Below, in pieces: positions 45,679-55,567 of a stretch of 64,000 bases of DNA. How positions within the stretch are numbered: the stretch's first letter is position 1; each line of letters starts with the position of its first letter. This stretch comes from Acidimicrobiales bacterium (GTDB lineage Bacteria; Actinomycetota; Acidimicrobiia; Acidimicrobiales; Bog-793). Position numbers and translations under genes: made by a program. The DNA lies in the NCBI GenBank assembly GCA_050744865.1, contig JBOGHW010000036.1:74785-138784 (forward strand), given 5' to 3'. Under the pieces are notes generated by a model. The model was not told the DNA's origin and searched no databases. It was given only the letters and a program-made list of their open reading frames with translations.

Positions 45679-46695
45679 TCAGAGGGTAAGCACGTGGCGG
45701 ATCATGGTCCGCCCGTACCCGTCGACGAGACGACCTACTTCCACAGCCCCGACAGCACCGGCGACCCGCAGGGAAGCCAGGTTGCCGGGCTCGACGACGA
45801 TGACGGCGGTCCGAGTCGCCGTGTGCTCACGAAGGAACTGCTGGAGGAGGCGCACGGCACGGCTCACGTAGCCCTTGCCCCGGAAGGAGGGGTGGGAGCA
45901 GTACGAGATGTTCGCCTCGCCCGGCAGGCCGTACCTGTTGGCCAGGTCGCAGTCCACGTATGCGACGTAGTCGGCTTCCAGCGCGTCGACGGAGAACGAC
46001 CATTTCGGGCCGCTCCCGAACGAGCCGTGGGAGGCCTGCAGGTGACGCAGTTGGTGACGTTGCTGCTCGTCCGGGCTCATCGCTTCCCACAGTTCACGGT
46101 CGCCCGGGTTCCGGAGCCGGTCCATCTGCTCGGTGTCGATGGCGTCGAGGTGCATGCCGAGGTCAGTGGCGCGCTGCCGCCGTATCGTCACCACGCCGTC
46201 GCTGTAGCTGAGCGGGGGCACGTCCCGCTTGAAGTAGAGCTGGTCGCCGATGCTTCCCGCCTCTTCGAAACGTGCCCTGCCTCCCACCCCGACCGACGCC
46301 CCGTTCCGTGGGTCGACAAGAAGCGTCGCTGTCTCGAACGCAGTGCTCGACGCCAGATGGTGCATCAGCAACTGCAGCGACCGCGTCGCGTAGCCGTTGC
46401 CGCGGTAGGGCGCGAAGACGTTGTAGCCGATGTTTACCTCCCCGGCCTGGAGCCATTCCCGGTCGACGTCGTAGTCCACCCAGCCGGCGATATCGTCACC
46501 CACTAGGACACAAGCCGACGGTTGAGGCTGCGCGCTGCCCGGACCGAGCCAGCGGTGGAACTCGCTGTCGCGCCCCGCCACAAGTGCCGGGACGTCGCCG
46601 GGCTCGCCTTGCCTGATCGTGACGACCCCGTCGGTCGTCGGACGGACTGGCGACAGCATCGGTGCGCTGTGGCGATGGAGGCTCCCCTCAGGCAT
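45679..46695 (-). CDS. Tandem GNAT-family N-acetyltransferase
   Basis: 338-aa ORF with two acetyltransferase repeats (NIGYNVFAPYRGNGYATRSLQLLMHH and NISYCSHPSFRGKGYVSRAVRLLQQF). Confidence 0.8.
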   Translation of the reverse strand: MPEGSLHRHSAPMLSPVRPTTDGVVTIRQGEPGDVPALVAGRDSEFHRWLGPGSAQPQPSACVLVGDDIAGWVDYDVDREWLQAGEVNIGYNVFAPYRGNGYATRSLQLLMHHLASSTAFETATLLVDPRNGASVGVGGRARFEEAGSIGDQLYFKRDVPPLSYSDGVVTIRRQRATDLGMHLDAIDTEQMDRLRNPGDRELWEAMSPDEQQRHQLRHLQASHGSFGSGPKWSFSVDALEADYVAYVDCDLANRYGLPGEANISYCSHPSFRGKGYVSRAVRLLQQFLREHTATRTAVIVVEPGNLASLRVAGAVGAVEVGRLVDGYGRTMIRHVLTL

Positions 46696-46757
46696 GCGCC
46701 TGCGACGCTACCGGGTGGGTCCGCGTCCGCGACGCCGGTGCGAGCCAGACTTGAGCC

Positions 46758-47714
46758 GTGATCATCTTGCTGGCTCGCGTGTTCAAGGCGAGGCATCGCC
46801 GCCACGCCGCGGTCACGCTGCTGGCTGCGTTTCTGGGATTCATGTTCCTAGGGGCATGGCTGTTTGACCTGACCCAGCACATCCCGTTCACGTCCGGCCT
46901 GTATTGGGCCATCACCACCGCTTCCACTGTCGGCTACGGCGACATCACACCGCACAACGCCTCGGGCAGATTCATCGCCTCGGCAGTCATGCTCACTTGC
47001 ATCCCTTTGCTCGCAGCCACCTTCGCCCTCCTGACGGGCGCCGCCGCGGCATCAGGACTACGAAAGGTTCTCAACATGGCCACCGAGTTCCCGCAAGGGT
47101 CGTACCGCCTCGTCGTCGGTTGGCATCCGACGGTGCCGACGATCCTCGACGAGCTGGTGAAAGCCAAGGACGCCGTCGTGCTCGTCGCTGACGTCGACCC
47201 TACGACGGTTCGCGACGAAGTCCACGTCGTCCGGGGAGACCCGACGACGCCGGCCGCGCTGCGCAAGGCCCGCCCCGACGGCGCGCTCCATGCCCTCGTC
47301 ACGGGAGCGAGCGACGGGGACGTCCTCGTCAGCTCGGTCTTACTCCACGAGCAGGCTCCTCAGCTCTCGGTCTCCGCCCTCGTTCACTCGTCCACCGTCA
47401 GCGAAGCCCTGAGCGAGCTGGGCGTCGCCGAGACCATGTCGGCTGACGACCTGGTCGCCCACACACTGGCCAAGAGCCTCGAGACGCCGCACGCCGGCCG
47501 CTTGCTGCTCAAGCTCGTCGGCGGCGAGGACCACAAGCTGGTGGAGATCGACGCCGCCGCGGCCGAAGTCGGCCAAGCCCTTAGCCAGGTGCGCGACGAT
47601 CACAAGGGTCTTGTCCTCGGCCTGGTGCGCAGCGGTGGCGTGTCGCTCGGCATCGGCGACGACCCCGTCATCGCCTCGGGGGACAAGCTGCTCGTGGCCG
47701 AACCGTTCGGCTAG
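46758..47714 (+). CDS. Potassium channel with RCK/TrkA-N domain
   Basis: 318-aa ORF with GTG start, two TM helices flanking the selectivity filter TTASTVGYGDITP, and a cytoplasmic RCK-like domain. Confidence 0.88.
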   Translation: MIILLARVFKARHRRHAAVTLLAAFLGFMFLGAWLFDLTQHIPFTSGLYWAITTASTVGYGDITPHNASGRFIASAVMLTCIPLLAATFALLTGAAAASGLRKVLNMATEFPQGSYRLVVGWHPTVPTILDELVKAKDAVVLVADVDPTTVRDEVHVVRGDPTTPAALRKARPDGALHALVTGASDGDVLVSSVLLHEQAPQLSVSALVHSSTVSEALSELGVAETMSADDLVAHTLAKSLETPHAGRLLLKLVGGEDHKLVEIDAAAAEVGQALSQVRDDHKGLVLGLVRSGGVSLGIGDDPVIASGDKLLVAEPFG

Positions 47715-47760
47715 CCCTCGGCTAGCCCGCCGTTCGCCTTCGGCGGGCTATAACGCCCCC

Positions 47761-48693
47761 ATGGAACTGCGGATCTTCACCGAACCCCAACAGGGCGCCT
47801 CGTACGACGAGCTGTTGGCAGTGGCTCGAGTGACCGAGGAGGAGGGCTTCGCGGCCTTCTTCCGCTCCGATCACTACCTGAAGATGGGCTCGGTGAGCGG
47901 GCTCCCGGGGCCGACCGACGCCTGGATCACGCTGGCCGGCCTGGCCCGCGACACCACACGTATCCGCTTGGGGACGTTGTTGACGGCGGGGACGTTTCGC
48001 CTGCCTGGCCCTCTGGCCATCGCAGTTGCCGAAGTAGACGCCATGAGCGGCGGCCGCGTGGAGCTAGGGCTCGGAGCCGGCTGGTACGAGCAGGAGCATG
48101 CGGCCTACGGGATACCGTTTCCCTCGCTGGCAACGAGGTTCGAGCGCCTGGAGGAACAGCTCGCCATCGTGACAGGCCTCTGGGAGACGCCGGCAGGTGG
48201 CACGTTCGACTTCCAAGGACGCCACTTCCAGCTGTCCGCCAGCCCGGCCCTTCCCAAGCCCGTCCAGTCGCCCCGTCCCCCGATCGTGGTGGGCGGCCAT
48301 GGCCCCCGCCGCACGCCTCGGCTGGCGGCTCAGTTCGCCGACGAGTACAACGTGCCGTTCGCATCGGCCGAGACCTGCCAGCGCCAGTACCGGCTCGTCG
48401 ACGAGGCCTGCGAGCGGGGAGGCCGTGACCCGGCGACCGTGGTCAAGTCTGCAGCCCTCGTCGTCTGCTGCGGAACCGACGCCGCCGAGGTTAGCCACCG
48501 CGCCGAGCGGATCGGGCGCCAGGTGGAAGAGCTACGGGCCAGCGGCCTGGCCGGCACGCCGCAGGAGGTGGCCGAGAAGCTGGCCGCCTACGGCTCCGTG
48601 GGCGTCACCCGGGTCTACCTGCAGATCCTCGACCTCGACGACCTCGAGCACCTCCGCCTGGTGTCGCACGAGGTCGTGCCGCTCTTAGCCTGA
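47761..48693 (+). CDS. LLM-class (luciferase-like) F420-dependent oxidoreductase
   Basis: ORF trimmed to ATG 47761. Motifs MELRIFTEPQQGASYDELL...FRSDHY and GRVELGLGAGWYEQEH. Confidence 0.85.
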   Translation: MELRIFTEPQQGASYDELLAVARVTEEEGFAAFFRSDHYLKMGSVSGLPGPTDAWITLAGLARDTTRIRLGTLLTAGTFRLPGPLAIAVAEVDAMSGGRVELGLGAGWYEQEHAAYGIPFPSLATRFERLEEQLAIVTGLWETPAGGTFDFQGRHFQLSASPALPKPVQSPRPPIVVGGHGPRRTPRLAAQFADEYNVPFASAETCQRQYRLVDEACERGGRDPATVVKSAALVVCCGTDAAEVSHRAERIGRQVEELRASGLAGTPQEVAEKLAAYGSVGVTRVYLQILDLDDLEHLRLVSHEVVPLLA

Positions 48694-48751
48694 AGGAGCC
48701 AAACTCCCGCCGGCGGTGAAAAGAAGCCCGATCGCGTCATAGCTGCACTTG

Positions 48752-49540
48752 ATGCAACGTTACACTGACGGCACGATGGAGATGGCTAAGGACGTGGTCC
48801 TCGAGACCCTGGCGACCGAAGAGTGCTGCCATGCAGGCAGTGACGGCGAAGGCCCCGACCGGGCACTCGTTTGCGGGCGGCGCGACCGGAAGAAGCACGC
48901 CACTCGGCAGGCCCTCCGCAGCGCCGCCCTTCACCTCGTAGCCGAGCGAGGCTTCGCCCACGTGACGGTCGAGGACATCGCCGAAGCTGCAGACGTCTCC
49001 ACGAGAACCTTCTTCAACTACTTCCCGTCCAAGGAGTCCGCTGTCATCGGTGTCGACCCCGACCGTATCGAGGAGATCCGCCTCAACCTGCTCGCCAGGG
49101 CGCCGGCGGAGTCGCCCGTGCAAGCGTTGAGCCGGGTGATCGTAGAGTACGCAGCCGCTATCGACGCCGAGATGGACGACCTCGGCGAGGGACGAGAGGC
49201 GTGGTTCAGGCGCCTGTCCATCGTTCGAGAGGACCCGGACTTGATGGGCGCCTACGCCAGGCACGTCACCGGCGTCGAGCGGGGAGTCGCTGTAGCCCTG
49301 GCCGAGCGACTGGGGAAGGACCCTGCCGACGACCCGTATCCGGCCCTGGTGACGGCCGCCGTCTTCGCCGCCGCCCGCGTCGCCGCCCTTTACTGGAGTG
49401 CGACCGGCGGCAGTGATTCGCTCACCCGCCTGACCGAAGCCGCCGTCGACAGCTTGGCCAATGGCCTGGCCGATGACCCCAGGTTTGCCGTCGACAACAC
49501 AGGCGACGGATCACGCCACGACCCGAGGAGAACCAGATGA
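48752..49540 (+). CDS. TetR-family transcriptional regulator
   Basis: HTH motif FAHVTVEDIAEAADVSTRTFFNYFPSKE. The stop overlaps the MFS start (ATGA at 49537-49540). The exact start is uncertain. Confidence 0.88.
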   Translation: MQRYTDGTMEMAKDVVLETLATEECCHAGSDGEGPDRALVCGRRDRKKHATRQALRSAALHLVAERGFAHVTVEDIAEAADVSTRTFFNYFPSKESAVIGVDPDRIEEIRLNLLARAPAESPVQALSRVIVEYAAAIDAEMDDLGEGREAWFRRLSIVREDPDLMGAYARHVTGVERGVAVALAERLGKDPADDPYPALVTAAVFAAARVAALYWSATGGSDSLTRLTEAAVDSLANGLADDPRFAVDNTGDGSRHDPRRTR

Positions 49541-51258
49541 TGGAGAAGACCGAGCTAGCCGAGGGGGTGCCGATCCCCGATCTCAGTCACCGCCGCGTGC
49601 TCATCATCATGAGCGCCCTGATGCTCGGGATGCTCCTGGCGGCTCTCGACCAGACGATCGTATCCACCGCCCTTCCGACCATCGTCGCCGATCTCGGAGG
49701 CGCTTCGCACCTGTCCTGGGTGGTGGTTGCCTACCTTCTGGCTGCCACCGTGTCGACTCCGCTGTGGGGCAAGCTGGGTGACCAGTACGGACGGAAGTTC
49801 TTCTTCCAGACCTCCATCGTCATCTTCCTCGCAGGGTCCATCTGCTCCGGTTTCAGCCACTCCATGCTGGAGCTCATCGCCTTCCGTTCCATCCAGGGAA
49901 TCGGTGGTGGCGGGTTGATGGTCGGGACCCAGGCGATCGTGGGAGACATCGTGTCGCCCCGCGACCGGGGTCGCTACCAGGGTCTGTTCGGCGCCGTTTT
50001 CGGTGTGGCGAGCATCGCCGGGCCTCTCCTCGGCGGTGTCTTCGTCGAGCAGCTGTCGTGGCGCTGGATCTTCTACATCAACGTCCCGATCGGAATAGTC
50101 GCCCTCGCCGTCATCGCCAGTCAGGTCCCAGGCCACCTTCGCCGGGTCCCGCACGTCATCGACTACCTGGGCGCCAGCATCCTGATCCTTGCAGCAGGTG
50201 CACTGGTGCTGTTCACGAGCCTCGGCGGGACCACCTACCCGTGGGGCTCGCCGACAATCGTCGGTCTCGGAGTGGCCGGTGGCATCTTCGTGGTCGTGTT
50301 CGCCCTCGTGGAGCGCCGCGCCACCGAGCCAGTGCTCCCGCTGCACTTGTTCAAGAACAGGACGTTCTGGGTAACGAGCGTGGTCGGTTTCATCGTCGGC
50401 TTCGCGATGTTCGGCTCGATCACCTACCTGCCGGCGTTCTTCCAGATCGTGCACGGCGAGTCGCCGACCATCTCAGGGCTGCAACTGCTGCCGCTCATGG
50501 CAGGCATGCTCGTCGTGTCCATCGCCTCGGGTCAGATCATCAGTCACACCGGCCGCTACCGGGCCTTCCCGATCGCCGGGACCGCCCTCATCACCATCGG
50601 CCTCCTGCTGATGTCGAAGATGGGCGTGACCACGAGCGGCCGCACCGAGGCGCTGTACATGCTCGTCCTCGGACTCGGACTCGGTGCTGTGATGCAGGTC
50701 CTCGTGCTGATCGTCCAGAACGCCGTGCCGTACGGCGAGCTCGGGGTCGCTACCTCAGGTGCGACATTCTTCAGGTCCATCGGGGGATCTTTCGGGGCCG
50801 CCATATTCGGCGCCATCTTCTCCAACGTGCTCGTCGGCGACCTCATCAGGCACCTCGGCCATGCCAGGCTGCCTGCCGGGCTGACACCGGCCGACATCAC
50901 GCCGGCCAGCCTCGGTCAACTGTCGCCGGCGGCGCTGCACGGTCTTGTCGCCGCATACGCCGAGTCGATCCAGACTGTGTTCGTGATCGCGGCTCCCGTC
51001 GGCATCCTGGCGTTCGCCGGGGCGTGGCTGATCCCCCACGTCGAGCTGAGGCTGGGCGTCTCGAGCCATGCCAGTCCAGACGCCTCAGCTGCGGAGGCCG
51101 AGGCGGTCCCCGTTGCCAGCTCAGCCAGCTCGGTCGAGCCCGTCGACTCGGTCGATTCGGTCGGACGGCACGTAGGCGGCCCGCGCGGCCCGCTCAGAGG
51201 CGCCCGGCGACCCAGCCGGGTTCACCGCGGCGAGCGGGGCGACCGAGTGCTCGACTGA
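49537..51258 (+). CDS. MFS transporter, DHA2 (14-TM EmrB/QacA-like) type
   Basis: 573-aa ORF with motifs LDQTIVSTALPTI, GKLGDQYGRK, and about 14 hydrophobic segments. Confidence 0.9.
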   Translation: MMEKTELAEGVPIPDLSHRRVLIIMSALMLGMLLAALDQTIVSTALPTIVADLGGASHLSWVVVAYLLAATVSTPLWGKLGDQYGRKFFFQTSIVIFLAGSICSGFSHSMLELIAFRSIQGIGGGGLMVGTQAIVGDIVSPRDRGRYQGLFGAVFGVASIAGPLLGGVFVEQLSWRWIFYINVPIGIVALAVIASQVPGHLRRVPHVIDYLGASILILAAGALVLFTSLGGTTYPWGSPTIVGLGVAGGIFVVVFALVERRATEPVLPLHLFKNRTFWVTSVVGFIVGFAMFGSITYLPAFFQIVHGESPTISGLQLLPLMAGMLVVSIASGQIISHTGRYRAFPIAGTALITIGLLLMSKMGVTTSGRTEALYMLVLGLGLGAVMQVLVLIVQNAVPYGELGVATSGATFFRSIGGSFGAAIFGAIFSNVLVGDLIRHLGHARLPAGLTPADITPASLGQLSPAALHGLVAAYAESIQTVFVIAAPVGILAFAGAWLIPHVELRLGVSSHASPDASAAEAEAVPVASSASSVEPVDSVDSVGRHVGGPRGPLRGARRPSRVHRGERGDRVLD

Positions 51259-51281
51259 GGCACCCGGCGGCTCCCGGGCCA

Positions 51282-51340
51282 AGGTGGGCCGGCTCACGCG
51301 CCGAATTCGCCTAAGAAACGTACGTCCCGCTCCCCACCTG
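51282..51340 (+). repeat. Palindromic intergenic repeat, copy D
   Basis: AGGTGGGCCGGCTCACGCGCCGAATTCGCCTAAGAAACGTACGTCCCGCTCCCCACCTG, between the MFS gene and the large S8/S53 peptidase gene. Confidence 0.85.
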
Positions 51341-51519
51341 AGCCCCCCTCCCGGCATTCCCGCCGGAAGGCTCAACGACCGCCTCGATCCGAAGCCGGTT
51401 TGCCGCCGCCCGGTCGTCCGGCGCCGATCGTGACGTGGCAGCTTGCCGACAATGACGCCCCCTGTCCAGCCGCGCTACCCTGCTCGATTACGAGGTCACT
51501 CATGCCTGGGAGGATGGTC

Positions 51520-54500
51520 ATGCATTTGCGAAGGACAAGGACGTTGTTCGCGACGGCGGCAGTCTCGTTCGTCGTGGCGGGGATAACTCTTCCCTCGACG
51601 ACAGCGCTGGCACGAACGTCGTCCAAGGGCGCGCCTGACGAGACGATGATCGTCATGCTGCGCAACCAGAATCCCGGCCTGAGCGGCTCCGGCGAGCGGG
51701 GGCGGGCCGTGCGGGCAGAACAGGCCCCGTTTCTCGCCCAACTTCACGCCTCGGGAGCCACCAATGTCGTCTCGCTGAGCGCTCCGAACGCGCTCATCGC
51801 CAAGATGTCGTCTGGCGAGGCCGCCTCACTTGCCGCCAACAGCGCTGTGAAGCAAGTCGTGCCGAACTCGATCATCCCGGGCCCGGTACTGCCGACGCTC
51901 TCGTCGTCCCCGCTCGGCGCGTCCAGCACGCACGGGACCAGCACGACGCCGGCCGGCGTCTGCGGCACGTCGTCTTCACCCCAGCTCGACCCAGAGGCTC
52001 TCGCCAACATCAACGCTACGGCAGCTCAGAACGCCGGCTTCGACGGGGCCGGGGTGCAGGTTGGCTTCATGGCTGACGGCATCGACACGTCCGACCCGGA
52101 CTTCCTGCGCAATTCGGCCTATGCGACGGCATCGTCGAAGACCGGGGCGCACGTCATCAACAACTACGAGGACTTCTCGAGCGACGGTATTGACGCCCCG
52201 ACCGCCGGCGGTGAGGCCTTCCTCGACGCCAGCTCCATCGTCGCACAAGGGAACCACAAGTACGACCTCTCCAACTTCGTCGCCCCGAACGTGCCGCTCC
52301 CGAAGGGCTGCGACATCAAGCTCGTCGGTGTCGCCCCCGGAGCCAGCCTCGACGCACTCAAGATCTTCGGCCAGAACAACGACACGACGACCGCTGGCTT
52401 CTTGCAGGCGATCAACTGGGCAGTCGCCAACGGAGTGCAGGTCCTCAACCAGTCCTTCGGTGGAAACGACTTCCCGGAGACCGCCTTGGATGTCATCTAC
52501 GACGGCGACAACGCGGCCGTAGCGGCCGGCGTGACCGTCGTGGCCAGCTCGGGAGACGCCGGTTCCACGGGCACGATCGGCTCACCTGCGACTGACCCGA
52601 AGGTGATCAGCGTGGGCGCCACGACGACGTTCCGTGCCTTCGAGCAGACCGGCTTCGGCGGCTCGACCTACTCCAAGGCGAACGGCAAGTACGTCGACAA
52701 CAACGTGTCCTCCTTCTCGTCTGGTGGTTTCAACCAGCCCGGCAACACCGTCGACCTCGTCGCCCCTGGCGACTGGAACTGGGCCTTGTGCGACGCCAAC
52801 CTGGCGATGTACTCAGAGTGCACCAACTTCAAGGGGACGGCAGCCAACATCGAGTTCACGGGCGGCACGAGCGAGGCCGCCCCGTTGACGGCCGGCGCGG
52901 CTGCCGACGTCATCCAGGCCTACTCCGAGAGCCACCACGGCACGGACCCCACGCCGGCGATGGTGAAGCAGATCCTCATGAGCTCCGCCACAGACATCGA
53001 CGCCCCAGCCGACCAGCAGGGCGCCGGGCTCCTCAACGTGCTCGCAGCCGTCAAGCTGGCCCAGTCGATGCCGGCCACCACCGTCGCCTCTCCTTCCGGC
53101 GGCGTCACGGTGAGCCCCAACCAGATCAACGTCGTGCAACCGCAAATGGACACGACGACCAAGACGATCTCGGTGAGCAACCACGGGACGAGCGCCGTGA
53201 CGGTGGACCTGTCCACGAGGGACCTCACCCACACCGTGGCGACCTCGTCCGGCTCGTTCTGCATGCAACCCGGCGCGGCTGCCCCCGGCTGTCCGGCCAA
53301 CACAGGTGTCATGCAGATTTGGAGCGACGCCTCGGAGGTCTACGAGGCCGTGAAGTTCACCGTCCCGAAGACCACAGGCGTGGCGCGCCTCGACCTCGCC
53401 TCCGACTACACCAACACCGACCAGGCCTCGCTCGTGCACGTAGCCGTCTTCGAGCCAGGCGGCACGCAGGCCGGCTACTCGGATCCCCAAGGCCTCGGTG
53501 ATTACAACGATGTACAGGTGGCCAACCCGCCAGCCGGCACGTGGACGGCGGTCTTCTTCACGTTGAAGAACGGGACGGTCCCCGGGGAGACAGGCTCGAG
53601 CGGCACGATCCAGTGGGCCGCCACGACTTCGGAGTACAGGCCTGCCGGCAAGATCAGCCCTGCCAAGCTCGTCCTCGGCCCCGCTGGCTCGGCGACGGCA
53701 ACCAAGACTGCCAGCTTGATGCTGACCAGCACGAAGGCCGCTGGCGACACGGCCGAGTCCGTAGTCGTGGCTACCCCGGGCGCCCAGACGACGATCCCGG
53801 TCACGGTGCGCACGATGGTGACCGTCACTTCCTCCGGGGGCACCTTCACCGGCGTCATCACCGGCGGCAACGGTCGCCCCGGAGCACCGGGCCAGACCAA
53901 CACGTATGCCTTCGCCGTGCCCAAGGGCGAGCGTGACATCGACGCCTCGGTGGCGCTCGCCACCGACCCCGGCGAAGAGCTGGTGGCTTATCTGGTCAAC
54001 CCGGACGGTCAGTCTCCCGGCTACTCGTCCAACATCTCGACCGACAACTTCCTCAACCCCACGGCCACACCCTGGCTGGACGTCTACGCCGCCTATCCGA
54101 AGCCCGGGTTGTGGGAGCTGGTCGTAGAGACCCTGAATCCCGTGACAGGCTTCGAGCTCGACGAGCCCTTCCATGGCTCCATCCAGTTCAACCAGGTGTC
54201 TGTGACCAGCAACGTCCCACGGGGGACTTCGCTCAAACCCGGGACCTACCAGTACCGCCTCACAGTCAACAACACGGGCATCGCGCCTGAGGCGTACTTC
54301 GTCGATCCCCGTCTCAACGCCAACGAGACGGTGAGCCTCGCCAACCAGGATCCGGGTGCAACTCCCTCCGACATGACCCTCCCGCTCCCCGCCAGCGAGG
54401 AAGGGCTCCCCTACTACTACGTGCCGCCGGAGACGAGCGAGCTCGAGGCCGGCATCTCGAGCACGGTACCTGTGTCGTTCGACAGCTCCTTCTTCCCCGG

Positions 54501-54963
54501 TGATCCCGACATCTCCCCCTCGGTCAGCGAGCAGGGGGTAGTCGGAACGGTCAAGGGAGACTCGGCGAGCCTCACCTACACCCAGAACGGCCTGACTCCC
54601 GGACTCTGGGATCTCAACCCCGCCGAGGTCGGGCCGTTCCCGGCATCAGGTGCGCCGACAGTCAGGGCCAGCGCCTACTTCAAGGCAGTCACCAGGGCGT
54701 TCGACCCGTCAGTGGTCTCTTCCACCGGCGACCTCTGGTCGCTGGCCAATGGGGTGGCAGGGCCAGGCTTCAACCCGATTTATGTACCGGCCGGCGAGAG
54801 CACGTCGATCGTGATCCAGATCACCGTGAAAGGTGCGACCGGGTCGACCGTGTCCGGCAGGCTGTTCGTCGAGGACTACACCCTCGGCGCCCTCGTCGGT
54901 GTGGAGGACCCCGACGGCGACGTCCTGGCCGCCGTGCCGTTCAGCTACAAAGTGGCCGGCTAG
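51520..54963 (+). CDS. Large secreted S8/S53 peptidase with sedolisin-type motifs and long beta-rich C-terminal extension
   Basis: ORF 51400.. trimmed to ATG 51520. Signal peptide ending TTALA. Motifs GEAFLDASS, SSGDAGSTG and GGTSEAAPLTAG, followed by ~650 aa of extra domains. Confidence 0.85.
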   Translation: MHLRRTRTLFATAAVSFVVAGITLPSTTALARTSSKGAPDETMIVMLRNQNPGLSGSGERGRAVRAEQAPFLAQLHASGATNVVSLSAPNALIAKMSSGEAASLAANSAVKQVVPNSIIPGPVLPTLSSSPLGASSTHGTSTTPAGVCGTSSSPQLDPEALANINATAAQNAGFDGAGVQVGFMADGIDTSDPDFLRNSAYATASSKTGAHVINNYEDFSSDGIDAPTAGGEAFLDASSIVAQGNHKYDLSNFVAPNVPLPKGCDIKLVGVAPGASLDALKIFGQNNDTTTAGFLQAINWAVANGVQVLNQSFGGNDFPETALDVIYDGDNAAVAAGVTVVASSGDAGSTGTIGSPATDPKVISVGATTTFRAFEQTGFGGSTYSKANGKYVDNNVSSFSSGGFNQPGNTVDLVAPGDWNWALCDANLAMYSECTNFKGTAANIEFTGGTSEAAPLTAGAAADVIQAYSESHHGTDPTPAMVKQILMSSATDIDAPADQQGAGLLNVLAAVKLAQSMPATTVASPSGGVTVSPNQINVVQPQMDTTTKTISVSNHGTSAVTVDLSTRDLTHTVATSSGSFCMQPGAAAPGCPANTGVMQIWSDASEVYEAVKFTVPKTTGVARLDLASDYTNTDQASLVHVAVFEPGGTQAGYSDPQGLGDYNDVQVANPPAGTWTAVFFTLKNGTVPGETGSSGTIQWAATTSEYRPAGKISPAKLVLGPAGSATATKTASLMLTSTKAAGDTAESVVVATPGAQTTIPVTVRTMVTVTSSGGTFTGVITGGNGRPGAPGQTNTYAFAVPKGERDIDASVALATDPGEELVAYLVNPDGQSPGYSSNISTDNFLNPTATPWLDVYAAYPKPGLWELVVETLNPVTGFELDEPFHGSIQFNQVSVTSNVPRGTSLKPGTYQYRLTVNNTGIAPEAYFVDPRLNANETVSLANQDPGATPSDMTLPLPASEEGLPYYYVPPETSELEAGISSTVPVSFDSSFFPGDPDISPSVSEQGVVGTVKGDSASLTYTQNGLTPGLWDLNPAEVGPFPASGAPTVRASAYFKAVTRAFDPSVVSSTGDLWSLANGVAGPGFNPIYVPAGESTSIVIQITVKGATGSTVSGRLFVEDYTLGALVGVEDPDGDVLAAVPFSYKVAG

Positions 54964-54977
54964 CAGCAAGTCCCAAG

Positions 54978-55016
54978 GCAACCGGGAGGCAGCACAGCAC
55001 GCTGTCTCCCGGTTGC
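54978..55016 (+). terminator. Hairpin after the large S8/S53 peptidase gene
   Basis: GCAACCGGGAG-(17 nt)-CTCCCGGTTGC, an 11-bp perfect stem starting 15 nt after the TAG stop. No U-tract follows. Confidence 0.5.
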
Positions 55017-55039
55017 AGTCGTCTACGGGAGGCACTGTC

Positions 55040-55405
55040 ATGGTGACCATCGAGGACGTGCGGGAGCTTGCCTCCCAGCTGCCCCGCTCCTACGAAGCCC
55101 TTGTGCGGGACCGGGTGAAGTGGCGGGTCGGCCGCATCGTCTACCTGGCGTTCTCGAGGGACGAGAGACAGATGGGGTTCGGCTTCGCCAAGGAGGAGCG
55201 CGAGGCGATAGTGGCTGCGTTTCCCGGCAAGTTCCTCATGCCCGGCAAGGCCGACCTCCGATACAACTGGCTGGAAGTACGCCTCGACGCCATCGACAAG
55301 GCCGAGATGCGTGAGCTGGTGCTGGACGCTTGGTGCATGTGCGTCCCCAAGAAGGTGGCCGACGCCTACTTCGCCGCCGGTGGAGACGCCGGCGCAGATA
55401 CCTAA
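55040..55405 (+). CDS. MmcQ/YjbR-family protein
   Basis: ORF trimmed to ATG 55040. 121 aa, starting MVTIEDVRELASQLPRSYEALV..., typical of the family. Confidence 0.75.
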   Translation: MVTIEDVRELASQLPRSYEALVRDRVKWRVGRIVYLAFSRDERQMGFGFAKEEREAIVAAFPGKFLMPGKADLRYNWLEVRLDAIDKAEMRELVLDAWCMCVPKKVADAYFAAGGDAGADT

Positions 55406-55567
55406 ACTGCCAGTGCCACAGCGAAGGCCCCCATCGCCCAATGCGAAGGCCCTAGACGGCACGGCCGAGACGGCATGGCCGAGCATGGCCGAGACGGCGA
55501 CCAGGGTACTGGCCACCCCGGGCACCTCGACCCCGCCCGTGAGCTGATCGGCTGCGATGATCGCGGT

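Noticed and set aside
45253-46506. 417-aa plus-strand ORF beginning with [12 protein letters not shown] repeats
   Set aside because: It starts inside the palindromic repeat, runs through the 36-bp tandem array and then reads antisense through the GNAT gene. It is an artefact of frames staying open in repeats.
52813-54174. 453-aa minus-strand ORF
   Set aside because: It is antisense to the large S8/S53 peptidase gene and has shadow composition.
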